From NCBI GenBank assembly GCA_963716725.1, contig CAVQUB010000009.1, positions 64,001 to 128,000 of the forward strand: a DNA stretch of 64,000 bases, given 5' to 3'. The translations under genes were made by a program, and so were the position numbers. Origin of the DNA: an uncultured delta proteobacterium (GTDB lineage: Bacteria; Myxococcota_A; Polyangia; Polyangiales; Polyangiaceae). Shown piece by piece: positions 9,481 through 18,465 of the stretch (its first letter is position 1; every line of letters begins with the position of its first letter). The notes below the pieces were generated by a model, which was not told where the DNA came from, made no database searches, and saw nothing but the letters and a program-made list of their open reading frames with translations.

Positions 9481-11118
9481 TCACGAGCCCAGCGCGACCT
9501 GCCAGTCCGCGTGCGCGCGCGCTGGCGGCATCACGCCCCGCCGCGCCGACAGCAGGGTGCCCCGTGCCGTGAAGTGGCGCCACAAGCGTTCCGTGCGCGA
9601 ACGCCAGGCGAGGTCCTTCCGCCCGAGCTCGAGCGCCTCCGCCACCGCGAAGCGTCGCACTCGCCGGGCGTCGGTGATGGCATCGGTCGCTACGAATTCG
9701 AGGCTGCGGCGCAACGACGCCACCGTGTCCGCGCGCACCGCGCTGCCGAGCTCGGTCACCTCGCGGCTCAGCGCGTCCGTGGCGCTGCCGGGGAAGAAGT
9801 GCTGGTGGATCTGCCTGGCAAACGACAGACTGATCAGCCGATTGAGCAGGCTCTCCATTTCGAAGGCGCGCTCGTGCAGGCTGACGCGCAGGATGCGGAA
9901 CATGACCTCCGCGCGCGTGTCGCGCATCAGGTAGCCAAAGCTCCGATAGTCGCCGCGCAGTCGCCCCTCGGCCTCGAGCCGCGCCCGGAGAGCAGTGCCG
10001 GAGTAGATCTCGGTGCGACAGACGTTCCAGGGGAGGTCAAGGTGCTGCGCCGCAAGGTCGAGCGTGGCCGACACATCGTCCAGCGAAGTGTCCGGATCGA
10101 AGAGCATGAAGTTGAAGCTCGGGACGATGCCGTGCTCCCGGCAGTGCGCGATGGCCGAGTCGTTGTGCAGTGGCAGATGCGTGCGGCCGAGGTACGCGAG
10201 GCGCGCCGCGGAGGCGTTTTCGATGCCCAAAAACAAGTGGACGGCGCCCATTTCGCGGAGCGCGACGCACACCGCGGGCGTCACGGTTTCGGGCCGCGCC
10301 TTGACCCAAAACGCGATATCCGGAGCGCCTCGCTGCAGCAGCTCTTCCCGCAGCGCGTGCACGCGCTCGACGGTGCGCTTCTCGCTCGGCAGCACGAAGA
10401 GATCGTCTTGCACGAACATCACGCGGGCGTCGCGCCGGTGGTAGAGTTCCGCAATCTCGTCGGCCACGGCTCGCGTGCTGCGCAGGCGATAGCGTTTCTG
10501 CTGCTGCTGCGTATAGGCGGCGATGCTGCAATAGTGGCATTCGCCGACGCAGCCCCGAGCCGCGATCACGAAATCCACCACTACGCCCCCCACGCTGAAG
10601 GGTTCGGCGCTACGCGCGGCGGTGGGCAGGCTGTCGAGATTGGCAACTGCTGGTCGAATCGGGCCGACGACCACCCGATCTCCGTCGCGCCAAACCAGAC
10701 CCGCGATGTCGCGCGGGGCCCTGCCGTCACTGACGGCGCCGAGGACGGCTGCGAAGGTCTCTTCGCCATCGTGACGCACCACGCTGTCGAGCGCTGGAGC
10801 GTCTCGCATCAGCTCCGCGTAGCAGAACGTCGGCACGTGCCCGCCGGCTGTCAGGTAGCCGCGATAGCCCCGGGAGCGGAGCTGGTTCAGAAACAAGAGG
10901 TAGTCGTCGATGTTGTTCTGGAACGCGATCCCCAGTCCCACGATCTGCGGGTCGAGCTCGAGCACCTGCCGAAGCGCGCGGTCGACCTCCACGCGTCGCG
11001 AGTAGGCGATGACCTCGGCCTGATGTCCCGCCGCACGCGTCACCGCGGCAAGGTACGCGAGCGCCAGATTCTCCTGGTAAATGGGCCCGACCAGAGCGAC
11101 GCGCAGCCCGGGGCTCAC
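9481..11118 (-). CDS. Cobalamin-binding (class B-like) radical SAM protein
   Basis: ENLALAYLAA and AGGHVPT/HDGEET B12-domain motifs; ARGCVGECHYC CxxxCxxC; DDLF; LGIENAS; GTG start overlaps the upstream TGA. Confidence 0.92.
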   Translation of the reverse strand: MSPGLRVALVGPIYQENLALAYLAAVTRAAGHQAEVIAYSRRVEVDRALRQVLELDPQIVGLGIAFQNNIDDYLLFLNQLRSRGYRGYLTAGGHVPTFCYAELMRDAPALDSVVRHDGEETFAAVLGAVSDGRAPRDIAGLVWRDGDRVVVGPIRPAVANLDSLPTAARSAEPFSVGGVVVDFVIAARGCVGECHYCSIAAYTQQQQKRYRLRSTRAVADEIAELYHRRDARVMFVQDDLFVLPSEKRTVERVHALREELLQRGAPDIAFWVKARPETVTPAVCVALREMGAVHLFLGIENASAARLAYLGRTHLPLHNDSAIAHCREHGIVPSFNFMLFDPDTSLDDVSATLDLAAQHLDLPWNVCRTEIYSGTALRARLEAEGRLRGDYRSFGYLMRDTRAEVMFRILRVSLHERAFEMESLLNRLISLSFARQIHQHFFPGSATDALSREVTELGSAVRADTVASLRRSLEFVATDAITDARRVRRFAVAEALELGRKDLAWRSRTERLWRHFTARGTLLSARRGVMPPARAHADWQVALGS

Positions 11119-12209
11119 AACGGCTCCCAGTCGAAGCTGGCCACCGCTGCACCGTGCTCGTGCTCCAGAGCCACCTGCAGCAGCCCGGGGTCTGCGCCCG
11201 GCTCGGCGGTCCAGAGCACGAGATCGGGGGCGAGCTGCTCGATGCACCCTCGGCTCGCGTGCCACTCGTAAGCGGCTTCCGGTCCAGCGTCGTTTTCCGC
11301 GAAGAGCACCACGCTCCGGCCCGCCCGAGCCAGTTCGAGCACCCTGAGCCGGAACGCCCGAGCGAGGGGCAGGCCGTCTGCGAGCTGGTCGGGAAGGATG
11401 GGCGTGGGCGCCATCTCGGCGATGGTCTTGCACACCGTGCATTCATCGCCGGAGCTGACCCAGTCGAGATCCGACGCACCAATGCACAGGTGGACCTCGG
11501 TGCGTGAGATGACCGTGCGCGAATCGCTGTCGTTCGGAGCGCAAACGATCTCGAGCTCGACTTCGATTTGCATCATCACCCAGCCTTCGGGCGACAGGTT
11601 CAGGGGCCCCGGCCACGTCGCGTGGAACGCGAAGCCGCCGGCCACTTGGGTCATCAGGCTGATCTGCATCTGCTCGAGCTGCGCCGGGCTGGCGGTCTTG
11701 ACAGTGACCTTCGGTGGCCCGATCACCAGGTTCTCGAGGGCCGGCGCGACGGCGATGAAACCCTGAGCCAGGTCGATGGCGGGCGAGTATTTGGTCAAGG
11801 TGACCCGCGCCGCGGAGTTGCTCTCGACGGGTTCGATGGACGCCGCGCAGAGCTGCCCCGGCTCGGCGGGCACCCCGGGCGGCGGCACGCTCACGGTGAA
11901 GGTCTCGAGCTTGCTGTAGGTCGGGCACCAGGCGCCGCCTCCGCTGCCGCCCAGGCCTCCGCTGCCACCCAGCCCGCCCGTGCCGCCGATCAGGAGCCCT
12001 CCGCTGCCCCCGCTGCCCCCACCTCCCACGGCCCCGCCGGTTCCAGCAGACGTGCCGCCCGCGCCGCCGGTGCTCGCGCCGGCGTCGGCGTCCGGGGATA
12101 GAAGGCCCGAGCGTGACCCGCAACTCCCGAGCACTGGAATCAAGCTGACCGCGGCGATGGCCGGGGCCATCCGTGGCGCGCGACCGATCACGATTCGCAG
12201 GCGGCGCAT
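11115..12209 (-). CDS. Lipoprotein with Gly-rich linker, CxxC-IAEMAP motif and C-terminal beta domain
   Basis: Lipobox VLGSC; Gly linker; ECTVCKTIAEMAPTP; coupled to the radical SAM gene. Confidence 0.8.
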   Translation of the reverse strand: MRRLRIVIGRAPRMAPAIAAVSLIPVLGSCGSRSGLLSPDADAGASTGGAGGTSAGTGGAVGGGGSGGSGGLLIGGTGGLGGSGGLGGSGGGAWCPTYSKLETFTVSVPPPGVPAEPGQLCAASIEPVESNSAARVTLTKYSPAIDLAQGFIAVAPALENLVIGPPKVTVKTASPAQLEQMQISLMTQVAGGFAFHATWPGPLNLSPEGWVMMQIEVELEIVCAPNDSDSRTVISRTEVHLCIGASDLDWVSSGDECTVCKTIAEMAPTPILPDQLADGLPLARAFRLRVLELARAGRSVVLFAENDAGPEAAYEWHASRGCIEQLAPDLVLWTAEPGADPGLLQVALEHEHGAAVASFDWEPL

Positions 12210-12279
12210 GCCGGCAGGGTCTCACGCCGCGGCGCTGAGCGCGAGGGTGCCAGCGAGCCTCAACCGGGCGCGGTCGGGC

Positions 12280-13464
12280 TCAGCTCACCGCGCATTGACT
12301 CCGCAGCTCGGCAGCGAGCTGCCGCCACCCGGCGAGCTCGCCTTCGAGGCCGAGTTCGGCCACCAACGTCGAGTCGAGCGGGACCTCGAGCTGGAGCGAG
12401 TCGCCACCGGCCGCGGCAGCGAGCGCGTCGGCGATGTGCACTGTGGCCAACAGGTCGAAGCCTCGATTGCCGACGATCGCCCGCGGAGTGTGGTGGAGCG
12501 TGACCGCCTCCGAGATTGGGTACGGCAGCCCCCATAGGCCGAGCAGGTACCCGCCGACGCAGGCGTGCGGAGCCACGCCGGACGCCGCTTCGGCCTCGGC
12601 GAGCGAGCAACCCTGCTTCTGCAGCTTCGAGATTTGCTCGACCTGATCGGGTTTGGCCTCCGCGAGCACCAAGAACCCGATGTCGTGCAGCAGCCCGGCC
12701 AAGAAGGCATCTTCGGCGATGGGCTTGCTCGGCGCGATGCGCGCCGCAAGGCGCGCCGTGAGCAGGGAGTGAGCCTGGAGCGCCGCGATTCGAGCGTCGA
12801 CACTGGAGGCCCCGAAGACCTCGGCGGCGAGCACCAGGTTCTCGATCGTCCGGATGCCCAGCAGCGAGACGGCCTGATCGATGCTCGAGACTCGCCTCGC
12901 CACCCCGAAAAAACCCGAGTTCACGAGCTGCAACAGCTTGGCGCTCATGGCCATGTCGCGCTCGACCAGCCGGGCCACCGCGTCCGTGCCAGACTTGGGG
13001 CTGGCGATCAGGCGCTGAAGCTCTTGGTAGACGCTGGGCTGGCTCGGCAGCTTGTCGATTGCCCCCAGGTAGGCCCGCAACGCCTCGTTTTCGAGGGCAT
13101 CGCGGAGGGCGAGCGCACGTTCGACGGCGCACTCGATCTGGGCCGCGTCGCAGGGCTTGCTCAAGAACTGGTGTGCCACCGGCACGGCCCGCATGCGCGC
13201 CTCCGCCTCCGCGAAACCGGAGAGGATGAAGCGCACGACCGATGGATGGTGCTGGTGAGCGTGCCGCAGCAGGGCCACTCCGTCGACCCCCGGCATGCGC
13301 ATGTCGGTCACCAGCACGTCGACCCCGCCGGCGTCGAGCACTCGGATGCCCTCTTGCCCACCCAGGGCAAAGTGCATGTCCCACTTCTTGCGGTGCTTTC
13401 GCAGCATGTCGCGCAGTCCGTCGAGCACGCGCTGCTCGTCGTCCACGAAGAGGACGCGTCTCAT
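12280..13464 (-). CDS. Response regulator with HDOD domain
   Basis: VLFVDDE...DMRMPGVDG receiver; LPSQP...KLLQLVNSGFFG...AGLLHDIG HDOD domain. Confidence 0.92.
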   Translation of the reverse strand: MRRVLFVDDEQRVLDGLRDMLRKHRKKWDMHFALGGQEGIRVLDAGGVDVLVTDMRMPGVDGVALLRHAHQHHPSVVRFILSGFAEAEARMRAVPVAHQFLSKPCDAAQIECAVERALALRDALENEALRAYLGAIDKLPSQPSVYQELQRLIASPKSGTDAVARLVERDMAMSAKLLQLVNSGFFGVARRVSSIDQAVSLLGIRTIENLVLAAEVFGASSVDARIAALQAHSLLTARLAARIAPSKPIAEDAFLAGLLHDIGFLVLAEAKPDQVEQISKLQKQGCSLAEAEAASGVAPHACVGGYLLGLWGLPYPISEAVTLHHTPRAIVGNRGFDLLATVHIADALAAAAGGDSLQLEVPLDSTLVAELGLEGELAGWRQLAAELRSQCAVS

Positions 13465-14921
13465 GGGCTCTCCGGACCTCCGACGGGAAGCCGGATGAAG
13501 AAGGTGGTCCCCTTCCCGCACTCGGTCTCGAAGCTGAGGCTGCCGCCGTGTTGCTGGACGATGCTGCGCGCAATGACCAGCCCCTGGCCCGTGCCGCGAC
13601 CGACCTCTTTGGTGGTAAAGAACGGCTCGAAGATGCGGTCGCGGACGGCCTGTGGAATGCCGCAGCCCGTGTCGGAGATGGAAATCACGACGCTGTCGCC
13701 ATCGCTGGCGGTGCGCAGGGTGATGGTGCCTCGAAGCTCCGGATCGCCGCGGTCCGCGATGGCGTGGGCGGCGTTGACGATGAGGTTCAAGAACACCTGA
13801 TTGAGCTCCCCCGCGTTGCTGGTGACCAGCGGGATCTCCTCGAGCTCGAGCACGACGTCGGCCACGTATTTGTACGCGTTGCGCGCCACCGTGACGGTGT
13901 TCTCGATGCCGCGGCGCAGGTCGGCCGGCGCCAGCTCGCGCTGGCCGGGGTGCGCAAACTCGTTCATCGATCGCACCAGCGTCGCGACGGTCTCCAGCCC
14001 AGCGAAGACGCGCTGCATGGCCTTGGGCAATGCTTCATCCACGTACTCGAGATCGGCGGCGTCCTCGGCGTCGGACAGGCGCGCGAGGGCCTCGGCGCCG
14101 GCCGGAGCGGCCTCGATGACCGCGCGCTCGGCACGGTAGGCTTCGATCAGCGCGCGCATGTCGCGGCTGGCGCTCTGGAGAAAGTGCAAGCTGTCGCTGA
14201 CGTATTGGATCGGGGTATTGATCTCGTGGGCGATGCCCGAGGCGAGCTGCCCCACGGCTTCGAGCTTGTGGGACACCTGCAACTCGACCTCCATGCGGGC
14301 GCGCTCGGCGGCTTCGCGCTGCAGGCGCTCCGCCAAGAGTTCGAGCTCGACGTTGCGGGCCAAGAGCCGGCTCTCGAGCTCGTGAATGCGATCGGCGACG
14401 GCTGAGTTGAGCTCCCACTTGCGGGCCAGCGCCTGGACAATCTGTCGAACTTCGACGGGTTCGAAGGGCTTCTTCAGGACCAAGAAGTTGTCACGGAAGC
14501 CCACTCGCCGGCGGATTTCGGCCCATGGCACGTCGACGCTGCCCGTCACCAGCACCACCTGCAAATCGGGATCAACTTCCCAAACTCTCTCCGTCGTCTC
14601 GACGCCATCCCACCCAGGCATGCACAGATCGATGAATGCGATGGCGAAGCGCCGGCCATCGCTCATCGCGCGGCACACTTCCTTCAGGCCGTCTTCGCCG
14701 CAGCGGGCGCCGTCGACGACGAATGCTTCTCCAGCGCTCGAGCCGAACAGCTCACGCTCGCACACTCCCCGCTCGGCAGACCTACCCCGCCCGCCCGCGC
14801 GCAGCAGCGCACGCAGCGCCAAGTGGATCTTCTCGTTGTCGTCGATCACCAGCACGCGGGTGCCGGGCGTCGGAGTCGCCGGCGCGGGACTGGAGCCCGA
14901 GGTCTCCGGAGCTAGCTGCAT
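13461..14921 (-). CDS. Receiver-fused sensor histidine kinase
   Basis: VLVIDDN receiver; H-box GIAHEINTP; N-box NLIVNA; DTGCG, FFTTK, GTGQGL; TGATG and ATGA overlaps with neighbours. Confidence 0.92.
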   Translation of the reverse strand: MQLAPETSGSSPAPATPTPGTRVLVIDDNEKIHLALRALLRAGGRGRSAERGVCERELFGSSAGEAFVVDGARCGEDGLKEVCRAMSDGRRFAIAFIDLCMPGWDGVETTERVWEVDPDLQVVLVTGSVDVPWAEIRRRVGFRDNFLVLKKPFEPVEVRQIVQALARKWELNSAVADRIHELESRLLARNVELELLAERLQREAAERARMEVELQVSHKLEAVGQLASGIAHEINTPIQYVSDSLHFLQSASRDMRALIEAYRAERAVIEAAPAGAEALARLSDAEDAADLEYVDEALPKAMQRVFAGLETVATLVRSMNEFAHPGQRELAPADLRRGIENTVTVARNAYKYVADVVLELEEIPLVTSNAGELNQVFLNLIVNAAHAIADRGDPELRGTITLRTASDGDSVVISISDTGCGIPQAVRDRIFEPFFTTKEVGRGTGQGLVIARSIVQQHGGSLSFETECGKGTTFFIRLPVGGPESP

Positions 14922-15520
14922 CAGCGCCAGGTCGCGTTCATCAAGCATGAATCCTCCCCTCGGGTTCGGCACTTCACCTCTGTCGCGCGGATGTCGGTGC
15001 GCGGCCCTTGCTCGAGCGTGCCGCGCGCCCAACCTGCCATCGCCCGGCAGTGCGCCGGGTGTGGGGCGGGAAAGCCGTCGATGGTGATGAGCATGGCCGT
15101 GGGACCGGTGATCGTCATCCGGAGCGCGCCGCCATTGCGGTAGTAGTGGGACCACAGGCTCGGGAGGACCCGGGCCATCAGCGCCGGCGGCACCGTGCGC
15201 ATGAACAGGGTCTTCCAGACCCCCGCGTCTTGGGTCGCGGCAAACGCGCCGATCTCCTCCGCCAGCGCCAGGTCCCCGGCGCCGAAGAGCTGATCGATCA
15301 GCAGAGTCCCCTCGATTTGCAGCGCGAAGGGCACCCAACCGCCGCCGCTGCAGCGACCGTCCAGCGCCTGTCGCAGCGCCGGAGAGGCCGCCTCACGAAA
15401 GCGGCGCAGCCCGTCCGGTCCGAAACGCTGCTGCACGAACGCACCGCGGATGCGAATGCTCGCCGCCTGGACCTCAACGCCCGCGGCCTGCGCGTGAACC
15501 CCGGGACAAGTGACGGTCAT
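14921..15520 (-). CDS. Myxococcales TIGR02265/DUF2378-like protein (V4R/H-NOX-like fold suspected)
   Basis: FVQQRFG, GWVPF, LWSHYY, CRAMAGW, CRTRGEDSC pattern; ATGA-coupled within the signalling operon. Confidence 0.65.
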   Translation of the reverse strand: MTVTCPGVHAQAAGVEVQAASIRIRGAFVQQRFGPDGLRRFREAASPALRQALDGRCSGGGWVPFALQIEGTLLIDQLFGAGDLALAEEIGAFAATQDAGVWKTLFMRTVPPALMARVLPSLWSHYYRNGGALRMTITGPTAMLITIDGFPAPHPAHCRAMAGWARGTLEQGPRTDIRATEVKCRTRGEDSCLMNATWR

Positions 15521-16650
15521 GCCACCCTCGCGCGCGCGGACGGCTCCGCCTTGACCAACACCAGCGCGGGCTCGCGCACGGCCCCCGGCGGAAAGTTCTT
15601 CACGCGTTCGAGAAACGAGACGGTCACTTCGTAGCCGCGCGGCACCAGCAGCGCACCGCTTGCCAGTAGCAGGTCTTCGGCCAGCACCATTCCCCGTCCC
15701 AGCGCCCTGAGGGGCATGCGCTGGAGCTCGTCGGTACCGCAACGCACGCGGGCCAAAGCGTCGAGCAACTGGGGCTCGTGAGCCGGCTGGGCACGCAGCC
15801 GTAGGACCACCTCGGCCGCGCTGACTCCGGGGGAATCGAGGCGATCGAAGTCCGAGGCAAGCCGCAAGATCTCGGCGCCGCTCGCCACCTCGGGCGAGTC
15901 TACGCGGCGCCCCGGGGCCGCGACGGCGGCCATGATTTGCAGCACGCGCTCCAGCCGCGGGATGCCGGAGACCAGCCTCTCGGCGACGGCGGGCGCCCGC
16001 GCGACCATCTCTTGCTCGTGATCGTCGAGGGCGGCGCCGGCCCGCGCTTTCGCCAACAGCTCTGGCGGCAGCGCAACGGCGCCCAGCTGCGAGAGAATGG
16101 CCGCGACCTCGATCTGCCAGATGGGCTCGTAGCCTACTTCTCGCGCGATCTCCGCCGACAGACGCTCGAGGCGCTTGGCGGTGCCGAACGCGACGGGGCT
16201 AGTCAGCGCCAGCACCTCGGCGAGCGCGCGAATCGCGCCGGCCAGAGTCTGTTCGAGCAATACGCGCTCGGAGGTGATCAGACGGTTCTGTTCCACGGCC
16301 GCAGCCAGCGCCTGCGCGAGCGTGTCGGGAGGGCAGGGCTTGGTCAGAAAGCGGAAGACGCGGCCTTCGTTCACCGCGGCGATGGCGCTCGCCATGTCAG
16401 CCTGACCGGTGAGCAGGATCCGCGTCGCATCGGGCAGCACGACGCACATCTTGGCCAAGAGCTCGGCCCCCGACATGCGCGGCATGCGCATGTCAGACAC
16501 GACGGCGACGATGTCCAGGTTCGCCGCCGCGAGCTCGAGCGCCTCCGCGGCGCCGCCAGCGGGCAGCATCTGGTAGCGTCGACGCAAGTGGAGCTCGAGG
16601 CCCGCCAGGACCTGAGGCTCGTCGTCGACGCAAAGAACTTTGGGTTTCAC
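15517..16650 (-). CDS. Response regulator with degenerate HD/HD-GYP output (RpfG-like)
   Basis: VLCVDDE, SDMRMP, FLTKPC receiver; AAILSQLG replaces the HD motif. Confidence 0.88.
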   Translation of the reverse strand: MKPKVLCVDDEPQVLAGLELHLRRRYQMLPAGGAAEALELAAANLDIVAVVSDMRMPRMSGAELLAKMCVVLPDATRILLTGQADMASAIAAVNEGRVFRFLTKPCPPDTLAQALAAAVEQNRLITSERVLLEQTLAGAIRALAEVLALTSPVAFGTAKRLERLSAEIAREVGYEPIWQIEVAAILSQLGAVALPPELLAKARAGAALDDHEQEMVARAPAVAERLVSGIPRLERVLQIMAAVAAPGRRVDSPEVASGAEILRLASDFDRLDSPGVSAAEVVLRLRAQPAHEPQLLDALARVRCGTDELQRMPLRALGRGMVLAEDLLLASGALLVPRGYEVTVSFLERVKNFPPGAVREPALVLVKAEPSARARVA

Positions 16651-16739
16651 GGCTTCCTGAACGGTCGGTGCGACGGTGCCTTGAGTCCGTCTCCAGGCCT
16701 CGCCTCAAGACTCGGCAGCAAGACCCGTTCCTGCCGGGC

Positions 16740-17105
16740 ATGTCCCACACGCTACCGACCACGGCCGAGCAACGATCGAACCCGCGGGCGGCCTTCGACG
16801 CGCTGGCCGTGCTGTCGCGCGACGGCGCCCGAATTGGGGCTTTTCAGGTGGAGAACCTGTCAGCGGGCGGCGCCTACGTCACGGGCCAATCGCTGCCTCC
16901 GCCTCTGGGCGAGCGAGTGGACGTGCTGCTGAAGGCCAGCCAGTTGGGCGTCATCAGCTTGCGGGCAAAGGTCGTGCGCTGCTCCGCCTCACCCCAGGGG
17001 CTGGGCATAGGCCTCGAGTTCTGTCGGGCGGAGTCGCACATCGAAGACCTGATCGTGGACGCAGTGGTCGGCGAGCTGCGCAAGCTGCATATCGGCGCCG
17101 CGTGA
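16740..17105 (+). CDS. PilZ domain protein
   Basis: QRSNPR (RxxxR) and NLSAGG motifs; ends GIGLEF. Confidence 0.85.
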   Translation: MSHTLPTTAEQRSNPRAAFDALAVLSRDGARIGAFQVENLSAGGAYVTGQSLPPPLGERVDVLLKASQLGVISLRAKVVRCSASPQGLGIGLEFCRAESHIEDLIVDAVVGELRKLHIGAA

Positions 17106-17221
17106 GCGAGGATCGAGCCGCGACGTCATCCGCCTGACGCTTCGCGCGCCAACCGGTCACTGATCCACGAGTGACCCGAGACGGTCTCGCGGCTACACTG
17201 CCGCACTGAAGGGTGGTTCCC

Positions 17222-18439
17222 ATGAGGCGTTTCGCGACACTCGCGGTGGTGACAGCGATCTTCGGCTGCGGCTCGGACGACGGAGGCGGCTCGTCCGGTA
17301 CCGGCGGCACGTCCAGCGGCGGTACTTCCAGCGGCGGCACGTCCAGCGGCGGCACGTCCAGCGGCGGCACGTCCAGCGGCGGCACGTCCAGCGGCGGCAC
17401 GTCCAGCGGCGGTACTTCCAGCGGCGGTACTTCCAGCGGCGGCACGTCCAGCGGCGGCTCGTCCAGCGGCGGTACTTCCAGCGGCGGCTCGTCCAGCGGC
17501 GGCGGTGGCGGCACCGGAGGTTCGAGCGGATCGGGCCCGGGCCTCTCGGCGAAGTATCCGGGCGACGTCGGCATCGACAAAGATCCCGACGTGGTCTGGG
17601 TCGAGAATTTCGAAGAAGGCAGCGTGAGCGCGCTGCTCCAGCGCTACGAAGACAAGAAGGCCAGTGGGATCGCGCTCGACGCCGACGTGCCCGCAAAGAG
17701 CGGCGGCAAGGCCAGCGGCAAACTGACGGCAAACGGCGGCGGTCCGAACGCCGTGGACTTCTACAAAAAGCTCTCGCCCGGCTACGACGAGCTCTTCGTG
17801 CGCTACTACGCCAAGTACCAGAGCGGAGTGCAGTGGCATCACACCGGAGTCTGGATCGGCGGCTACAACCCGGCGGCGAACTGGCCGAGCCCGCAAGCCG
17901 GACTCAAGCCGAACGGCGACGATCGCTTCCATGTCTCTCTCGAGCCCATGGGGAGCGGCGCGACCCCTCGCATGGACTTCTACAACTACTGGATGAAGAT
18001 GCACTCGTGGATGGACCAGCCCTCGGGCAGCACGGCCTACTACGGCAACTCGCTCGTGCACGAACCCACGCTGACAGCGAAGGAGCAATGGCAGTGCTTC
18101 GAGATCCACATCAAGCTCAACCCGTCGGGGGCCTCGGGCAGCGGCGCCGAGCTCGGCTTGTGGGTGAACGACCAATCGGTGATCCAGTTCACCGACAGCG
18201 CTCCCCTTGGCTACTGGGTCAAAGACAAGTTCTGTCCGAACAGCGCCACCGGCAAGGAGTGCACGGACTACAAACCCTCGAACCCGACCCTAGTGCCCCT
18301 GGACTTGCAGTACCGGAGCACCACCAACTTGAAGCTCAACGCGTTCTGGCCGCAGAACTACATCACCAGCGGCGGCGCCGGCAGCGTCTGGTACGACGAC
18401 ATGGTGATCGCCAAGAGTCGCGTTGGTTGCATCCAGTGA
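17222..18439 (+). CDS. Lipoprotein with GGTSS linker and a polysaccharide-lyase/ConA-like beta-sandwich domain
   Basis: Lipobox IFGC; ELFVRYYAKY, WQCFEIHIKLN, LWVND and VWYDDMVIAKSRVGC motifs. Confidence 0.8.
   Translation: MRRFATLAVVTAIFGCGSDDGGGSSGTGGTSSGGTSSGGTSSGGTSSGGTSSGGTSSGGTSSGGTSSGGTSSGGTSSGGSSSGGTSSGGSSSGGGGGTGGSSGSGPGLSAKYPGDVGIDKDPDVVWVENFEEGSVSALLQRYEDKKASGIALDADVPAKSGGKASGKLTANGGGPNAVDFYKKLSPGYDELFVRYYAKYQSGVQWHHTGVWIGGYNPAANWPSPQAGLKPNGDDRFHVSLEPMGSGATPRMDFYNYWMKMHSWMDQPSGSTAYYGNSLVHEPTLTAKEQWQCFEIHIKLNPSGASGSGAELGLWVNDQSVIQFTDSAPLGYWVKDKFCPNSATGKECTDYKPSNPTLVPLDLQYRSTTNLKLNAFWPQNYITSGGAGSVWYDDMVIAKSRVGCIQ
17303..17497 (+). repeat. 13 x 15-bp coding tandem repeat (GGTSS/GGSSS)
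   Basis: GGCGGCACGTCCAGC and variants over 195 bp. Confidence 0.95.
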
Positions 18440-18465
18440 GCGCGCGCCCGCTGCCCGCTCGATCC

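Noticed and set aside
9223..11271. 682-aa plus-strand ORF (similarly 7751-9442, 26795-29023, 40248-41930 and 56694-59213)
   Set aside because: Antisense shadows of genes with clear family motifs; no motifs of their own
12238..12253. TGGCAC-containing sigma54-like site upstream of the lipoprotein/B12 radical SAM pair
   Set aside because: Spacing is GG-N9-GC rather than the required GG-N10-GC
17303..17497. Gly/Ser repeats here and near 19580, 42290, 43330, 60560 and 63080 as RiPP cores or regulatory repeats
   Set aside because: They are in-frame low-complexity linkers within lipoproteins, common in myxobacteria
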